A stretch of DNA of 64,000 nucleotides, from the NCBI RefSeq assembly GCF_041956535.1, contig NW_027192198.1, forward strand, positions 164,551 to 228,550. The letters are read 5' to 3'. The notes beneath the pieces are model-generated. The model did no database searches. It was not told where the DNA came from and saw only the letters and a list, made by a program, of their open reading frames with translations. Shown one piece after another: positions 39,091 through 52,872 of this stretch. Each line of letters starts with the position of its first letter. Position 1 is the stretch's first letter. Origin of the DNA: Calcarisporiella thermophila CBS 279.70 (taxonomy: Eukaryota; Fungi; Calcarisporiellomycota). The translations under genes were made by a program, and so were the position numbers.

Positions 39091-39408
39091 GAGCCGCCGG
39101 CGAGTGTTGATCCACAATTAAAATGGTGTAATTTTACCTCTAATTTGATTCAAGCTTCTTCTAAAATAAATGGCATCTCCCCCATCACCTCTTTCCCGCC
39201 GCTTGTCCACGGCGTGTTAGTTCCGTTTTCTTTCTGAATTTTCCCCTTTTTCCATCGTCAAGTAGGTCAAGGACAGATCCGCTCGGCCCGCTCGATTTCA
39301 GATGGAAACGCGAGGCTTTTTTTTTCCCAATTTTTTCCATTCTATGATACAAATTTAGGGCTGCTTACACTCTCCCCCTTCTCTTGTTTCCGTCATCTAA
39401 CCTACAGA

Positions 39409-41057
39409 ATGGCATCAGCAGTTTTCATCCTAGATCTGAAGGGGAAAGTGCTCATCTCGCGTAACTACCGGGGTGACATTCCACTTTCAGCCGTGGAAAA
39501 GTTCATGCCTCTTGTGATGGAGGCCGAAGAGGAGCAGGCACCTACACCCTGTTTCTCGAGTGATGGAGTCAACTATCTCTATATCAGACACAGCAATCTC
39601 TACCGTAAGTTTTGAATTTTGGAGCGATTTTCCTCGTGCTGGCGCCGCCCAGGCCAATCGGTGCGGGTCTCTCCCTGGATCCTATTAATTTTAATTTTTC
39701 CATTGGCAGTTCTCGCCGTGACAAAAAAGAACTCCAATGCTGCCACCATCATGCTCTTCCTCCACAAGCTCACCGAAGTTTTCACAGAATATTTCAAGGA
39801 ACTTGAGGAGGAGTCCATACGCGATAATTTCGTTATTGTATATGAGCTCCTCGACGAGGTGATGGACTTTGGGTACCCACAAACCACGGAAACAAAGATC
39901 CTACAGGAATACATCACACAGGAGAGCCATCGCCTCGAGGTACAGGTCCGTCCTCCCATGGCCGTGACCAATGCAGTGTCGTGGCGCTCCGAGGGTATTA
40001 AATACCGGAAGAACGAGGTGTTTTTGGATGTCATCGAGTCAGTGAATCTTTTGGTAACGTGACAAGAGAATTGCGGGGTGGGGTAGATTGGAATGATGCT
40101 AAAGGGAATTTTTTTTCGCTCAGGTCAATTCCAACGGAAATGTACTGAGAAGCGAAATCCTGGGCAATATCAAGATGCGTTGCTATCTGTCAGGGATGCC
40201 AGAGCTCCGGCTTGGGCTGAATGATAAAGTGATGTTTGAAGCGACGGGGCGAGGTGAGCTCCCCTTTCACTCTCCCTATTCTCCTCTTCCCGCCCCTGTC
40301 TTTTCTATTGACGCCGATATTTTTTCATTCTAGCGCCTTCTCGTGGCAAGGCGATCGAGATGGAGGATGTCAAATTCCATCAGTGTGTGCGCCTGTCGCG
40401 CTTCGAACACGACCGCACCATCTCATTCATCCCCCCCGATGGAGAGTTCGAACTCATGAGCTACCGGCTGAACACCGCGGTGAAGCCGCTGATCTGGGTA
40501 GAGGCGGTTGTGGAAAACTACGCGGGCTCGCGCATTGAATATATGATCAAAGCCAAGGCGCAGTTCAAGCGGCGGTCGGTGGCCAACAACGTAGAAATCA
40601 CCATCCCGGTGCCAGATGACGCAGACTCACCCAAATTCAGGGTAAGATACTTGACGTTAGGGAAGAGTAGGAAGGAGGCTGACTATGTCTTTTTTTTTGG
40701 CCGTCATTGTCGGGGGGGGGGGATTTATAGAGTAGCATTGGGTCGGTGCAGTATGTGCCGGAAAAATCCGCCTTCGTCTGGAAGATTAAGCAGTTTCAGG
40801 GCAGCAAAGAGTTCTTTATGCGGGCCCATTTCGGGCTTCCCAGCGTGAAGGGCGAGGACCTCGAGAAGAAGCCGCCGATCTCCGTCAAGTTCGAGATCCC
40901 CTACTTCACCGTCTCGGGGATCCAGGTGCGGTACCTCAAGATCGTCGAGAAGAGCGGATACCAGGCTCTGCCGTGGGTGCGATACATCACACAGAATGGA
41001 GACTACCAGATGCGGATGCCAGAATCCATCAAGACAAGTAAAATGGCTCCGATATAA
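39409..41057 (+). CDS. APM1: AP-1 clathrin adaptor mu subunit
   Basis: MASAVFILDLKGKVLISRNYRGDI, YELLDEVMDFGYPQTTE, VSWRSEGIKYRKNEVFLDV, FIPPDGEFELMSYRL, YQALPWVRYITQNGDY. Confidence 0.96.
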
Positions 41058-41585
41058 TTGGTGTGTGTAGATTGTATACTCTTTCGTTTTTTTTTTTTTT
41101 TTTACTTTCTCTCTCTCCTTCTATTTCCCACTTTCTCTTTTTTTTTTTCTCGCCTTCTCTTTCTTTGTTTGTTTCATGTTTAACTTTTCGTCCCCCTTTT
41201 TTATTCTCGTCAAACCTTAGGAATGTGAGTGTAGGTGTATGTGTTGTATTTTGGAGGAGAGGATAGAGAAGGGAATCATACTAGAGTGAGGTTGGTGTTT
41301 CCTTTTATGTTTTTAGGGAAAAAAGTTTTTAAGCAGGAATAAAGAAACATGCATCCATATTATTTTACGAGATTTAAGACAACACAAGGATAACTTAATA
41401 GGGGGGGAGGGGGTTAGGAAGATGAAGAGTATGAGTGAATATGATTAGAATTAAAACCAGATCGAACATTATCTATGATTATAAATAGCGAAGGATGAAG
41501 TATGATCAGCGGGTAAGATGGAGGCGGAGGTTAGGAGGAAGGGGGGGGGGGGGAGAGCGGGCGAGGCAGGAGCATATGTTGCGGT

Positions 41586-43317
41586 TCAGCGCACAAAGGG
41601 TAGATCCAGGGGATCCGCCCGCGCTCGGTCCAGCTTCTCCAACTTGAGCGAGGGGGAGGAGAAAGGCGGGGTGGGGAGGAGGTCCAGGTGGGGAGGAGGC
41701 AGGCGAACCCCTGGCTGGGTGGGCCGCCCCGGCGGGAGCAGAAGAAGGGGGGGAGGAAGCGAGAGGACTTGCTTGGGGGACTGAAGCGGAGGGAGCACGA
41801 TCGAGTGGGAGGAGGGTGGCGAGGGTTCAGAAGGTATGCTGCATGAATGGGTGGCGGGATGGTATGATGGATGCGGGGGAGGGTGGAGGGCGAAGGGGGA
41901 CTGCCAAGGGGGATAGGTTGGCTGCATTCCTGGGAGGGGCGAGGGTTGGCTGTGGCGCGGAGAGGAGAGCGGAGAGTGCACGAGTCCTCCCGTCACCGCC
42001 ACCTTCGGGGCGGGCGAAGAGGAGCAGCAGGGCAGCGAGAGCGGGGGCGGAGAACCGGTGAGGGGCGTCTTTGGCGAGGGGTAGCCGAACTCCAGGCGCT
42101 CATGCTTGGGCAGGGGCGGCGGGGGCAGCGATTGGGTGGCGGAGACTTTTCTTGCTCTCTCGAACCCGTCCGTCCGCGCCTCCTCTCCCTTCGACATGGA
42201 AGAGTGCTTTCTCTTCAAGCTGGCGGAGCTGGTGGAGTAGTCGCCTCCGTCCGACGAATCCGCCCGGAGGTCTCTGGAGTGGCTGGGCCGTTTCCTAAGT
42301 AGAATGGAGAGGGGCGTTGCAGCGTCAGTGCAAAGCGGAAATCGCGGGGATAGGACCAAACGACTTACTGCACTCGCTGCTCCTTGCGGAGCCGCAGCTT
42401 TACTCCCTGATCAGCGATGGAGCGTGACAAAAAGGTCGGCTCGCAAGCGCCCGGATAATCCTTGTGCGAGTACACGAAAAAGGGGTCCGAGTACACGGAG
42501 TTCAGGTGAGCCGCGGATGCACTAATAAACACGGCAAGTTAGTTGAGGGGTCCCCACGCTTGCAGATGACGGCTGCGGACGAAGGCAGCTGCCCCGTCTC
42601 ATACCTTGCAATGGAGTAGAGGCTGAATTTTAAGCGAAACCAGCCCTCGACGCGGACGGAGAGCTCTGGGAACACGAAAAATCCGGCATCTGCGGGGGCA
42701 CGCCCAATAAGTTAGAGGCCAATTCTGCCATAGAGCGTCCACGAGGCGCCTACCTGAGTTGTCGACGTCTTTCAGCCGATAGAGCGACGAGACGATGCCG
42801 CCGGTGAGTGGCGGGCAAGCGCTATTCCGGCCGCTGGTCCGATGATTCTCGCCGTCGGCGCTGACCAAGGTGGCCAGCATAAAGATGAATGGGTTTTGCA
42901 GGAATCTCCTATATGGCCGGGGGGGGGGGGGGAAGAGAAAAGGAAGCGATGAGATAGGGCGGTCGGGGGCGTGAGAAGAGAGCCGCACTTACTGAGCGTC
43001 CAGGTCTGCGCCCTCCATCTTCACCTGTATGATGGGCGGAGGCTCCACCCAGCGACGCTCTATGGTGGGATAGAAGGCAATGGTTAGGAGTTTCTGGCCG
43101 AGCAATGGAGGTTTGTGAACCATGCCGCTCACCTCTTTCTCTCGAGTTGCACACGCGCGCTTGCTTGGGCTGCTGGCGGAAAATAATGGCGAGTCTGTCT
43201 CTAGAGAGGAAAGGTTAGCAGGCGGGCCAGCTGGATGGGCACGGCGGCTACTCACACGTCTGCGCCTAGCCAGGAGAGGTCCTGGGCGTTGAGGAAGTTG
43301 TAGCCATGCTTCGACAT
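41586..43317 (-). CDS. Velvet-domain transcription regulator (VosA/VelC-like) with a proline-rich tail, multi-exon
   Basis: MSKHGYNF...[13 protein letters not shown]...[13 protein letters not shown]...FLQNPFIFM...[41 protein letters not shown]...[37 protein letters not shown]. Confidence 0.9.
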
Positions 43318-44349
43318 TGTGAGAGGGGAAGGGAAGCGTGCGGGGGGGAAGAAGGGGGGGGGGGCCGACAGTCGGGCGAATGTGGGAGAGCGGTGGGGGG
43401 AAATGCGGGGAAGCGTCGGGGGGGGGGGGGCAATGAGAGGGGGGAGGGCCGGGAGAGGAAAGGGGGAAAAAACGGAAGTCGGAGGCAGAAGACGAGGCCG
43501 GGGGAAAGAATCTTTTTATAACGGGCGACGGCAATTTCCCTTGCGAAGGAGCTGGCCACTTGGAGAAGGGCCTGCACCAAGATGAAGTTTTGTAAAAATT
43601 GCAGCGGGATGAAAGTCCGCCACAGACGAGGCCCGGCGGGTGCTCGATCATTTCGAAACGCGCATGGCCATGAGTCGCAAATTGGGCGGGCTCGAATCTC
43701 CGGCCATGCTAAACGGGTGGAAGCGGCGCGCTCCCATTAGCAGGCTCGAACCTTCTTGGGGAAAGCAGGAAAAACCAAGCTCATGCAGAGCCGAGGTGCT
43801 CCATCCCGTCGACTGAAACAGAGTCGCAATTTTACACAAGAAATAAGCGCTTCATCAGTGTGTTTGACTTTTTCTCGGGAATGGCCCGCCAATCGCCGCG
43901 CCCGGCCGGGCTCTCTGCGCGCGGGGTGATTAATTTGAGACCCAAGCGGCCCCTAATACGGCCTGCCCTTCGACGATTGCGGAGGCCCGGTTCTGGACGG
44001 CGGCTAAACAGATCCGATATCATCATGCCTGAGGATCCAGAGTGATTGTGCGGGGTGTAACTTGTGCAGCACACCCGCAGCCTGTCGCCCGCAAATGGCG
44101 AGGGCCCGTGCGCTTGTCATCTCCTCCCCCAAAGTCCACGCGGCTCGCTGGCCCGAAGGACCTGGCCGCCATGACGCGATTGGCAAGCCTCAGGCCCTCC
44201 CTGCGACGGCTCCCCTCTCATTAATGCACACGCCCGCTACTCCAGCGGCCGGCCGCCCACTGCCCGACCCGGCCAAAGCTCGATTTCACGTGCTCCCTGT
44301 GGGCCTCCGAGCGCACAGGGCGGCCGGTCTCTAAGCCCATGGCCAGTCC

Positions 44350-44760
44350 NNNNNNNNNNNNNNNNNNNNNNNNNNNNNNNNNNNNNNNNNNNNNNNNNNN
44401 NNNNNNNNNNNNNNNNNNNNNNNNNNNNNNNNNNNNNNNNNNNNNNNNNNNNNNNNNNNNNNNNNNNNNNNNNNNNNNNNNNNNNNNNNNNNNNNNNNNN
44501 NNNNNNNNNNNNNNNNNNNNNNNNNNNNNNNNNNNNNNNNNNNNNNNNNNNNNNNNNNNNNNNNNNNNNNNNNNNNNNNNNNNNNNNNNNNNNNNNNNNN
44601 NNNNNNNNNNNNNNNNNNNNNNNNNNNNNNNNNNNNNNNNNNNNNNNNNNNNNNNNNNNNNNNNNNNNNNNNNNNNNNNNNNNNNNNNNNNNNNNNNNNN
44701 NNNNNNNNNNNNNNNNNNNNNNNNNNNNNNNNNNNNNNNNNNNNNNNNNNNNNNNNNNNN
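44350..44760. other. Assembly gap (411 N)
   Basis: Run of N flanked on both sides by the identical 21-mer CTCTAAGCCCATGGCCAGTCC. Confidence 0.99.
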
Positions 44761-47617
44761 CTCTAAGCCCATGGCCAGTCCTCCCCCTCTCCCCCCCCCC
44801 CGGCTGGAGCGGCGTGGGCGAGGGGGGGGGGAGGTCGGCGGGATCAGGGCATGCGCCATCGGCCGCTAAAGCCCGGTGATGTTTGATTCAACGCTCGCCC
44901 ACGAGTGCCTTGGCCGGCGCAGAGAAGCACGGAGAGCAAGGGGAAACGGCACCGAGGTTTTTCGTGGAGGGGTCGAGGATTTCTCCTCCTCCCTGCGCGC
45001 GCAAATGAGGAGCCCGCATGCATCATTTGTGAACCGTTGCATGCAGTAAAACACCCTTGTTCCCATGCAGATGCTTGTGCCTTTGTTTGTTGGCCACCGC
45101 GCGACTGTGGCTTCAACCGGTGGAAAGAGGGCGAAAGCCGCAGGCTGCGCTGCAACCACTCACTGTCCCGCGCGCCGGAATTGGGTGGCTTGACACAAAA
45201 CCAACCTTGGGCGGAGCCCATCAGCGAATCCCCGGGCTCCTCGCCCTTTGCCCTCCGGATCAAACAAAAACGAAGGCTCGATCGCGCCTCTCTTGCCGCC
45301 AATGCCTCGTGAAATCCACGGACTTTTCAGGTGACAAAAGCCTGACACAGGCGGCTCTGCTTCGCTGGTGCTCCCGTCGAAACACACCTGGAACTGGCCC
45401 CCTGGATCGGCCGCACTATTCTACGCCTTCCGCTCTATAGTGTCCCGTGGATTCCCCTCTTGGCCCGCGCTCCAGCCCTGAGAGAGCCGGTCCCCCCCCC
45501 CCCCCCCTTCTGCAATGGGCTGGGGACCACGAGGAGCGCTGTGGGCGTGCGCTGGTGTCGCAGTCACTCCTTCGAGAGCACTGCGCACCCGATTGCTGGC
45601 GCTGCCAAGTCGAAACTTCGGCCATGCTCTAGAAAAGAAAAACGCCACGAGCTCTTCCAGCCCGATGCTTGGATACGTGTTGAACAACCCAAGGGATCGA
45701 GAAGACTACCAAATCGTATTTTTTTTTTTTCCCACTTGGTAGGGCGCAAATCTTCTGCCCGTGCTGGAGAGCCCTGCAGAGTCCTGGCTGGTTACCAAAA
45801 TTAAATTGAAGGGAAACAGGAACTGAATCCTGCCTCAAGTGGGTGTCGTACACAGACACACCTGCGCTGTTGAAGAGAGAAAACGAGAGGGTGGATCCTC
45901 TCCCGCTCTCCAAGCTTGTGTGCTCTTGGATTGACTAATATACTGGCCCTCCCTAGCTACGGGCAATGTTTCTCTCTCGCTGGTCGATCCTTGGTAATTA
46001 ATAATTAGTCATGGAATACCCTTTGATCTGCTGCTTACGAGTTCTCCCTCCCACGCCTGCCTGTCGCAAAGGGAGGTTTGACGGGGGGAACGAAGCCACG
46101 CTGCTCCACCGCTCACTAAGCAGTCCATCCATTATTCACAGAGGGGGTTATCGGTTTATTACGCACAAATAAAAACAATAAAAATGTATGGAACAAGGAA
46201 ACAAGATAAACACAAAGAAAAGCCAAGGTCTATGCTCCATCTCTAAAACGGAAGCCGTGGTTTGTTCTTCTCCTTCTCGCGGAGCAGATCCTAATGATGA
46301 AAAGTAATTAGGTGACGCAGCCATTCCGATGCCTGTGCAGAAATACATTACCTCTTTCCAGCTTTGAATCTTCTTCGGCATCTCCTCCAAGTTCTTGGCA
46401 ATTTTTGCTTTCCTGCAGGGGGGAGGGGGAGGAGAAATGAGGTGTCAATGAATGATAAAGGATCCATGAATGGTCAGGCATTAATTATGCTACCTTTCAT
46501 CGGCAGTCCGCTCAGCTTTTGTGCCCTTCGGTGGCTTACTCCGCAGCACTCCCTTCTCTTTCACAGCTGGGAGACCTATGGTGGTCGGATCTATGTCGCG
46601 GATAATGCATGCCTTGCGCAGATCGGCTTGCCTCCGCAGGCTGAGGAGAGGAGGCCTCCACCGCCCAATCCCGGTCACCTCACTAACATAGAACTGTGGC
46701 TGAAAACTTGAGGGATCCCACTGCTTCTTTGTGACGGAAGCTAGAATTCGTTGGGAGACTGCCCGTGCGCGCATTGCAATGAGAGGGGGATGAATATCTT
46801 TGAGGTTATCGCGGGACTCGGCCCTCGCGCGAAATTTTGTTTTCTATTGTGACTTTGGGCCGAATTTTGGATTCTAAGCCTCACAATCGGAGGCTTGGCT
46901 GAGAGAGCTTCTTTTTCGCTTGAATGGATGGCCATAATTAGGAGCTATGGCAGCCAAGCTGCATCGGTTCACTTTGAATGAGGTTTTCTACGTTTGGAGA
47001 AGCCTTCTTCTTCATTAAACCCAATGGGATATATTTGGGTCCATCATGATAGGTTGATGAAGGTCAATGATCGTATTAGGCTGCCATCCATATTGAAGTT
47101 GAAATCGGACTCTGCAGCTTTGCTAGTCTCCAGGCTAGAGCGTCCACAGCCCTCTTTGGCCAGCCTTCATTGGCATGAAGTACCAGTGCGGGCACTCTTT
47201 TTACCGAACCAATAGCTTTATTTTTGGCTCGGCTTCCTATAATATAGGAGTTATACTATAACTCCTTTTCCTACAAGTACAAATACGAAATAAATTGTTA
47301 TGTCGGCGAGGTGCTTTCGGCTAGCCTCCGTAGTGGTAAAACCGCCATTAGAGTGTATTGCCAAAGGTGGGTCAGCACCCCCAGAGTTGAGGTCTACTGT
47401 GCAGATATAATGGTCTTCACCTACAGTGTTTACCTGTGAGAAGGCATTTTCGGAAGAGTTTTTACAATCTGGGCCGATGAGTAAGGGCTGCGAATAAGTG
47501 GCTGCGATCTTTCCGGCAGAGTTAGAGTTCGCTTTATCCAGCGCGGTGCCAATAATTTTGCCCCTCCACTATTCTCTTACTAACTCTCAAAGCGAGAAGA
47601 ACAATCAAGAAGACACC

Positions 47618-50600
47618 ATGTCGAACACGGATGAAACCCCCAAAGACTCCAAGGCCCTTGACATCTTCAAGAAGCTTAGCACCATCCCCTCCTATACCTC
47701 TGCCTCCATCGCCGCCAGCACTAGCAAGCCGGGGATGCTCACGGTCCACCTGACGCAATCCCAACGCGACACTACGCGCAGCACAAAGCGCAATGTGGCT
47801 CGCGCCCTTTTTGCTTCGGTCGATGCCAGCGGAGAAGTCTCATGCCTTGGCCATGGACTGCCGGTGGACTTGGGAGAAGCGGGAAGGCAAAGGTTATCGC
47901 CCTCGGGCCGTTTGCTGGCGGTGTTACGGGCCGTTTCTGAGGCAGGTGCGAAGCAGAAAAAGAAGTTTGTGGAGGTATGGAGCGAGGGAATTCTCAGACG
48001 CGTCTTGGAGGTGACCGATAAACACGGAGACTTCTATTCGGATGGTAATCGAGGCATCGCCTCCCCTCCAATTCCTGGTGGAATTCTTTCTCACGCCTAT
48101 TGCATTCCATGCCTTGCTAGACACATTTGGATGCCTCAGTTGGGCCAAAGATGAGTCCAAACTTATTTATGTCGCCGAAGCAAAGCCGGAGGAGGATCCA
48201 AAGAAGGTTGGCTGATGTTCTTCTGTTCTATGGTTTATCATTTGGAAAACGGGAGCTAACCTCCCACTCTCAGAAATTCGAATATGTCCCCGACTGGGGT
48301 GAGCGCTTCTCCAAGAAGGCTTCTCCCCGCTTAGTCCTGGTCGACCTAAATACCCACGAGAAGGACCAACAAATCCTCGTTCTACCCGCCCTCCAGGGAA
48401 TTTCTCCAGGACAAGCGTTTTTCGGACCCAACGGGGAGAGCCTCCTCTTCACCGGCTATCAGATCGAGCCGAGGCGGTACGGGATTGTGTACTGTCAAAA
48501 CCGGCGGTAAGGAAGAGAGTCATACCTGTGGGCCCATCCACTTTAGCCTCACGAATAACCATTCCGTATTGCCCCTCCCCCCCTCTCTTCCTCCCCTCCT
48601 CTCGATTTAATCTTCCAGCACTGGCATCTATCAAGTCAATCTTGACGGGTCCAACCTCGTACGGCTGAATAGTGAGGAGGTCAATGGCCGCTCACCTCAA
48701 CTGAGTCCCTCCGAGAAGCATCTTGTAGGTGGCACTTCTGAAGTATCTGGGAGCAATGGACTTACCCAATTCTATGGCGGCTCTTCACCTAGGTCTATGT
48801 CTCCAACAAAATCGGCGGGCCGCACGCATCCTGCGCAACCCTTTACAAGGTGGGAGATTTCTGTTGGGGGGAGGTAGTGCGGTGGATGACCCTGACAGTA
48901 AGCTCTTTTGCCATATAGTACGAGTTTAGCAGCGGAGCGAATCAAATCGTGGTAGATCAGATCGCATCCACCAAGGAAGCGCACGAATTCCCCGGCCTTT
49001 ACATCGATCAATTGCCCACCGACTGCTTCGCCTTGAGCGCTGATAAAGCGTCAGAGTGGGTGGTTGCTCACAGTGTCTGGAGGAGTAGAAAGGTGGGTGG
49101 AACTTGACACTCTTTTTTATTATAAGAAAGAAGCTGATGCATTCGGTTTGAAACTCATTCCCCTCACTGGACAGACCCTCGTAGCCATCAATACTAGCAC
49201 CGGCAACGTAAAGGAGCTCACTTCGGGTACGCTTGCGAAAGGAAGCTATTCGCTCCTGTACGTCTCCAACGATTACTTGGTTGCGTCTTGGAGCACCCCA
49301 ACGGAGCCAAACTCATTGGTAGGTGTCTGTTTCAGAGGGCTAAGCAGCCATGCCGATTGTTTATGCTATGTTTTCTTTGCAACAGTTACTTGGCATTATC
49401 ACTCAATTGGGGAGCAACCAGATCGAAGTTTCCTGGAAAACCATCGAGCAGGTTTCTCTTGGAGATGAAGGTTAGATACCACTCCTCTCCCATGCCGAAT
49501 TTCAGCACCACTCAATGCACACTGACATCCCTTACCTCTCCCCTCCCCTTATGCCATTTTTTTTTTCGGTTACTTTTAGTGAAAGAACTCTTGAATTCTC
49601 TCACCTATTCTATGGTGCAAAATATCCCTTCACAGCCGGAGCATCTAGAGGCCATTCTTCTGGCCCCGAAGCACGTCGAGCAACCGCCCCTAATTGTGCT
49701 TCCCCATGGGGGACCGCACTCGACCGTTCTCGAGGAGTTTGCCTTGACGATTGCAGGGCTTGGAGCCCTCGGATTTGCCATCGCCAAGGTCAACTACACG
49801 GGCAGTCTCGGCTTCGGGCAGAAGTGCGTAGAGGATCTGGTGGGGAAAATCGGAGAGGTGGAGGTGCAGGAGACCCACGCGGTGGTGGAGTATCTAGTGA
49901 AGCAAGGCCGGGTGGATGGGGCCAAAGCTTGTGCCTTCGGCGGCTCGCACGGAGGGTTCACCTCGGCCCACCTCACGGCCCGTTATCCCGTAAGTTGGTC
50001 CCGGCTTCCTGCTGAGTCTTTCTTGTGAACCTCACCTGGTGGACCTTGCCTTAGGATTATTACAAGGCCTGTGTATTGCGTAACCCCGTCATCAACGTTG
50101 GAGGTAGGGGGACGAGCTCCATCCCCTTTTTCATCTGGCTGGCCCCAGGATCCTCAACTCTTTTATTTTTTTCTGTGTATTAGCCATGGTTAGCACCACG
50201 GATATCCCCGACTGGAACTTTGCCGAGCCCGGCTTCGATTTCCGACTCGAAGCGCCCACCCCCGCCGCCTCACCCGAACAGTACGCTCAGATGTACGCGT
50301 GCTCTCCCATAAAGGGGGTGGATCGTGTGCAGACCCCCACTCTCGTCATGCTTGGCGAGGGCGACAGGCGAGTTCCGCCCACCGAGGGTATTTCGTGGTA
50401 CAATGCGCTTAAAACACGTGGAGTGAAGGTTAGGTAAGTTTCTCATCTTTTCGAACGTGTGTGTAAACGTAGGGAATGGAAGTGTTGGCCGTGCTTTCAT
50501 TTTTCATTTTTCTTTTCCTCCCGTTTATCCCTTTTCTATCTCCCATTTGTTCACATTGCTTCTCTCCTCTAGGATCCTCATGTTTCCCGACACGGGCCAT

Positions 50601-50678
50601 GCCCTTGACACGGTTGATGCCGAGATGCATGGCTTTGATGCCTATGCCAATTTCTTCTTGGAGCACATAGGAAACTAG
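47618..50678 (+). CDS. APEH: Acylamino-acid-releasing enzyme (acylpeptide hydrolase, peptidase S9C), multi-exon
   Basis: HGDFYSD, DWGE, GIVYCQNR, PLIVLPHGGPHS, nucleophile GGSHGG, LRNPV, TTDIPDW, GEGDRRVP, catalytic His in GHAL. Confidence 0.9.
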
Positions 50679-50917
50679 GTGGGGGTTCAGTCGGCTGTTC
50701 GCCTTTTCGAAAATCCTGGAAGAGCAACGTGAAGAAGGGAAAAGGGCGGTGAGAGCAACGAAATGGGATCTTTAACGGGAGGAGGAGGAAGCGCCGTGTG
50801 ATTGGATTTCTCTCAGTTTGATGCAGCAAGGGGGAGGGGGGAATGAAGCATAAACCATTAAAAAATAAAAATCTGATATTTTTATAAACAAGGAAAAAAA
50901 AGAACATGGCACCCCAT

Positions 50918-51783
50918 CTACAGAGTCAATTCCTGGGTGGCAGGGAATTCAAAGTTCACGTCCTTGCCGGTGAGCTTCTTGTACACGTTGGAGAAGGTGT
51001 CGAGCTTGTACTCAAGAGAGGTGGCATCCTTCTGGTCAAGGAAACTAAAGAATAGCAGCAAAAAAAAAGAGCAAAATTAATTTCAATGGACCAGAGAGAG
51101 GGGAGGGCAGCCAGGAGATAGGGCGCCGATCGACCGATCCGAGGCCGCGGGGGGAAGGGCGCTAAACCAAAATACATACACTTTGATGATCTTCGATCCG
51201 TCAACCTTTACGCGTGTCCGCTTGCCAACAATCTCGGTGGGGTACACAAGGTCCTCCAGGATCTTTTCGTGTACGGCAGTGAGGGTGCGGGAGCGCGGGC
51301 GCTTTTGCTTCTCGCGAGTGTGACGCGAGGGCTTGGGCTGGATGCGGCGCTGGGCAACAAAGACGACATGGCGGTCAGAGAATTTCTTCTCCAATTCACG
51401 GGTCAGGCGCTGCTGAATCTTGTGGAATTGTTCCAGGAGCGGAACGGGCACGAAGATGACGATAGCCTTGCGACCACCACCGATTTCGAGCTACATTGGA
51501 GAGGAGCAGAGAGGATTAAAAAAAAGGCAAAAGGTGAGTATTACTGCTTCGAGAAGGTCGGGAAAGATTCGGCACGGAGATGGTGCGGATCCATTTTGCA
51601 TCATCCACGATGTAAATAGAAGGAGGGATAGCCTACCTCTTTGGCAGCAGTGATCTGCAGAGGGCGAAGCGGAGCCTTCAGCTCGGCAACATTGTTCTCC
51701 AGATCGTAGAGGGCCTGGGCAACGTTCAGCTCGATCTCATCGGCAGCGGCGCCAGCGGGCTTTGCGATTTTGCTTGAAGCCAT
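50918..51783 (-). CDS. RPS7: 40S ribosomal protein eS7
   Basis: [73 protein letters not shown]. Confidence 0.97.
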
Positions 51784-52872
51784 TGCTGCTAATAAACCAG
51801 TGAAAAGGCGCAATTAGCTAAATCTATTCTCCCAATCTTTCTTCTATTCCTCCTGCTTCCTTGTCAACAGCAGAATAGACAAAGATCATGGGGTCTTCAC
51901 AGGGGAATCCGTCCCATCCCATCCATCCATCCATCCATCGATAGACACTCACTTTATGTTTTTTCTTTGGGGGGGGTAGGTAGTTCGCCTTGAAGGATGG
52001 TCACGGCCGAAGAAAAAAAAGGGAGGAATCGATTAAGGGATTCCATTGAATTTTTGTCTGCAGTCCGCGTAGAATTCTAACCTAACCTAATCTTGCCAAT
52101 GAACCATTTCGTCCAAGATAGCTGGAGGCCAACCGGCCGTACATGGGAGCTCGATAACCAAAAGATCAGGGTTCATCCTATGAATTTTTGGGTAGAAATG
52201 AAGTGGAGAGAGGTAGATATGGCTCAAAGAAACAAATAGGCCAAAAAGAAGACAGGACGAGATTGCCCGAGGGGGGGGGGGTTAGAAATAGCTATGGTAG
52301 ATGCCTTTATTTCATCACTCGTACAAGAGAGTTCTGGAGACTCGACTCAGAATAGGACAAGAAAAGCTAACGTCAGATCCATATGCACCGAGAAGGGTTT
52401 ATGGCATTGATCCCTACAAGAATTGAACGGCATTTGAATGCTGACAAGGCAAGGATTTGACACTGAAACATCGCCGGGAACCCGTGCTATCACATCCAAC
52501 GAAGTGACCGCGCATTTAGCCACGACCAGTAGAGTGCACAAATGGCCTTGAAACATTGGAATTTAAGAGAAACCGAAATGATACAGTTCTTTAGTGTACC
52601 TGAGTTGCCAGGGGAAGAAAGAGGAAAAAAAAAGCAAGTGTGGAGAAAAAAGATAGTCAAAATTTACAAGGATTAATACAAAGGAGAAGGGGGAGGGGGG
52701 GAATAAGAATATAACAATGTAAGGAATGCTAGCATAGGGCGCGTATAAATCAGAGAGAGAGAAAGGGTTTGAATAGAATCATAAAAATGTACCATCCAAA
52801 TCACTTCTAAAGATAGAAAAAAAAAGCAAAAACAAGAAGTTGCAAGGGATGAATGAGGGGGGGCCCGCGGGT

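Noticed and set aside
44221-44869. ORFs spanning the N run
   Set aside because: Artefacts of translating the assembly gap.
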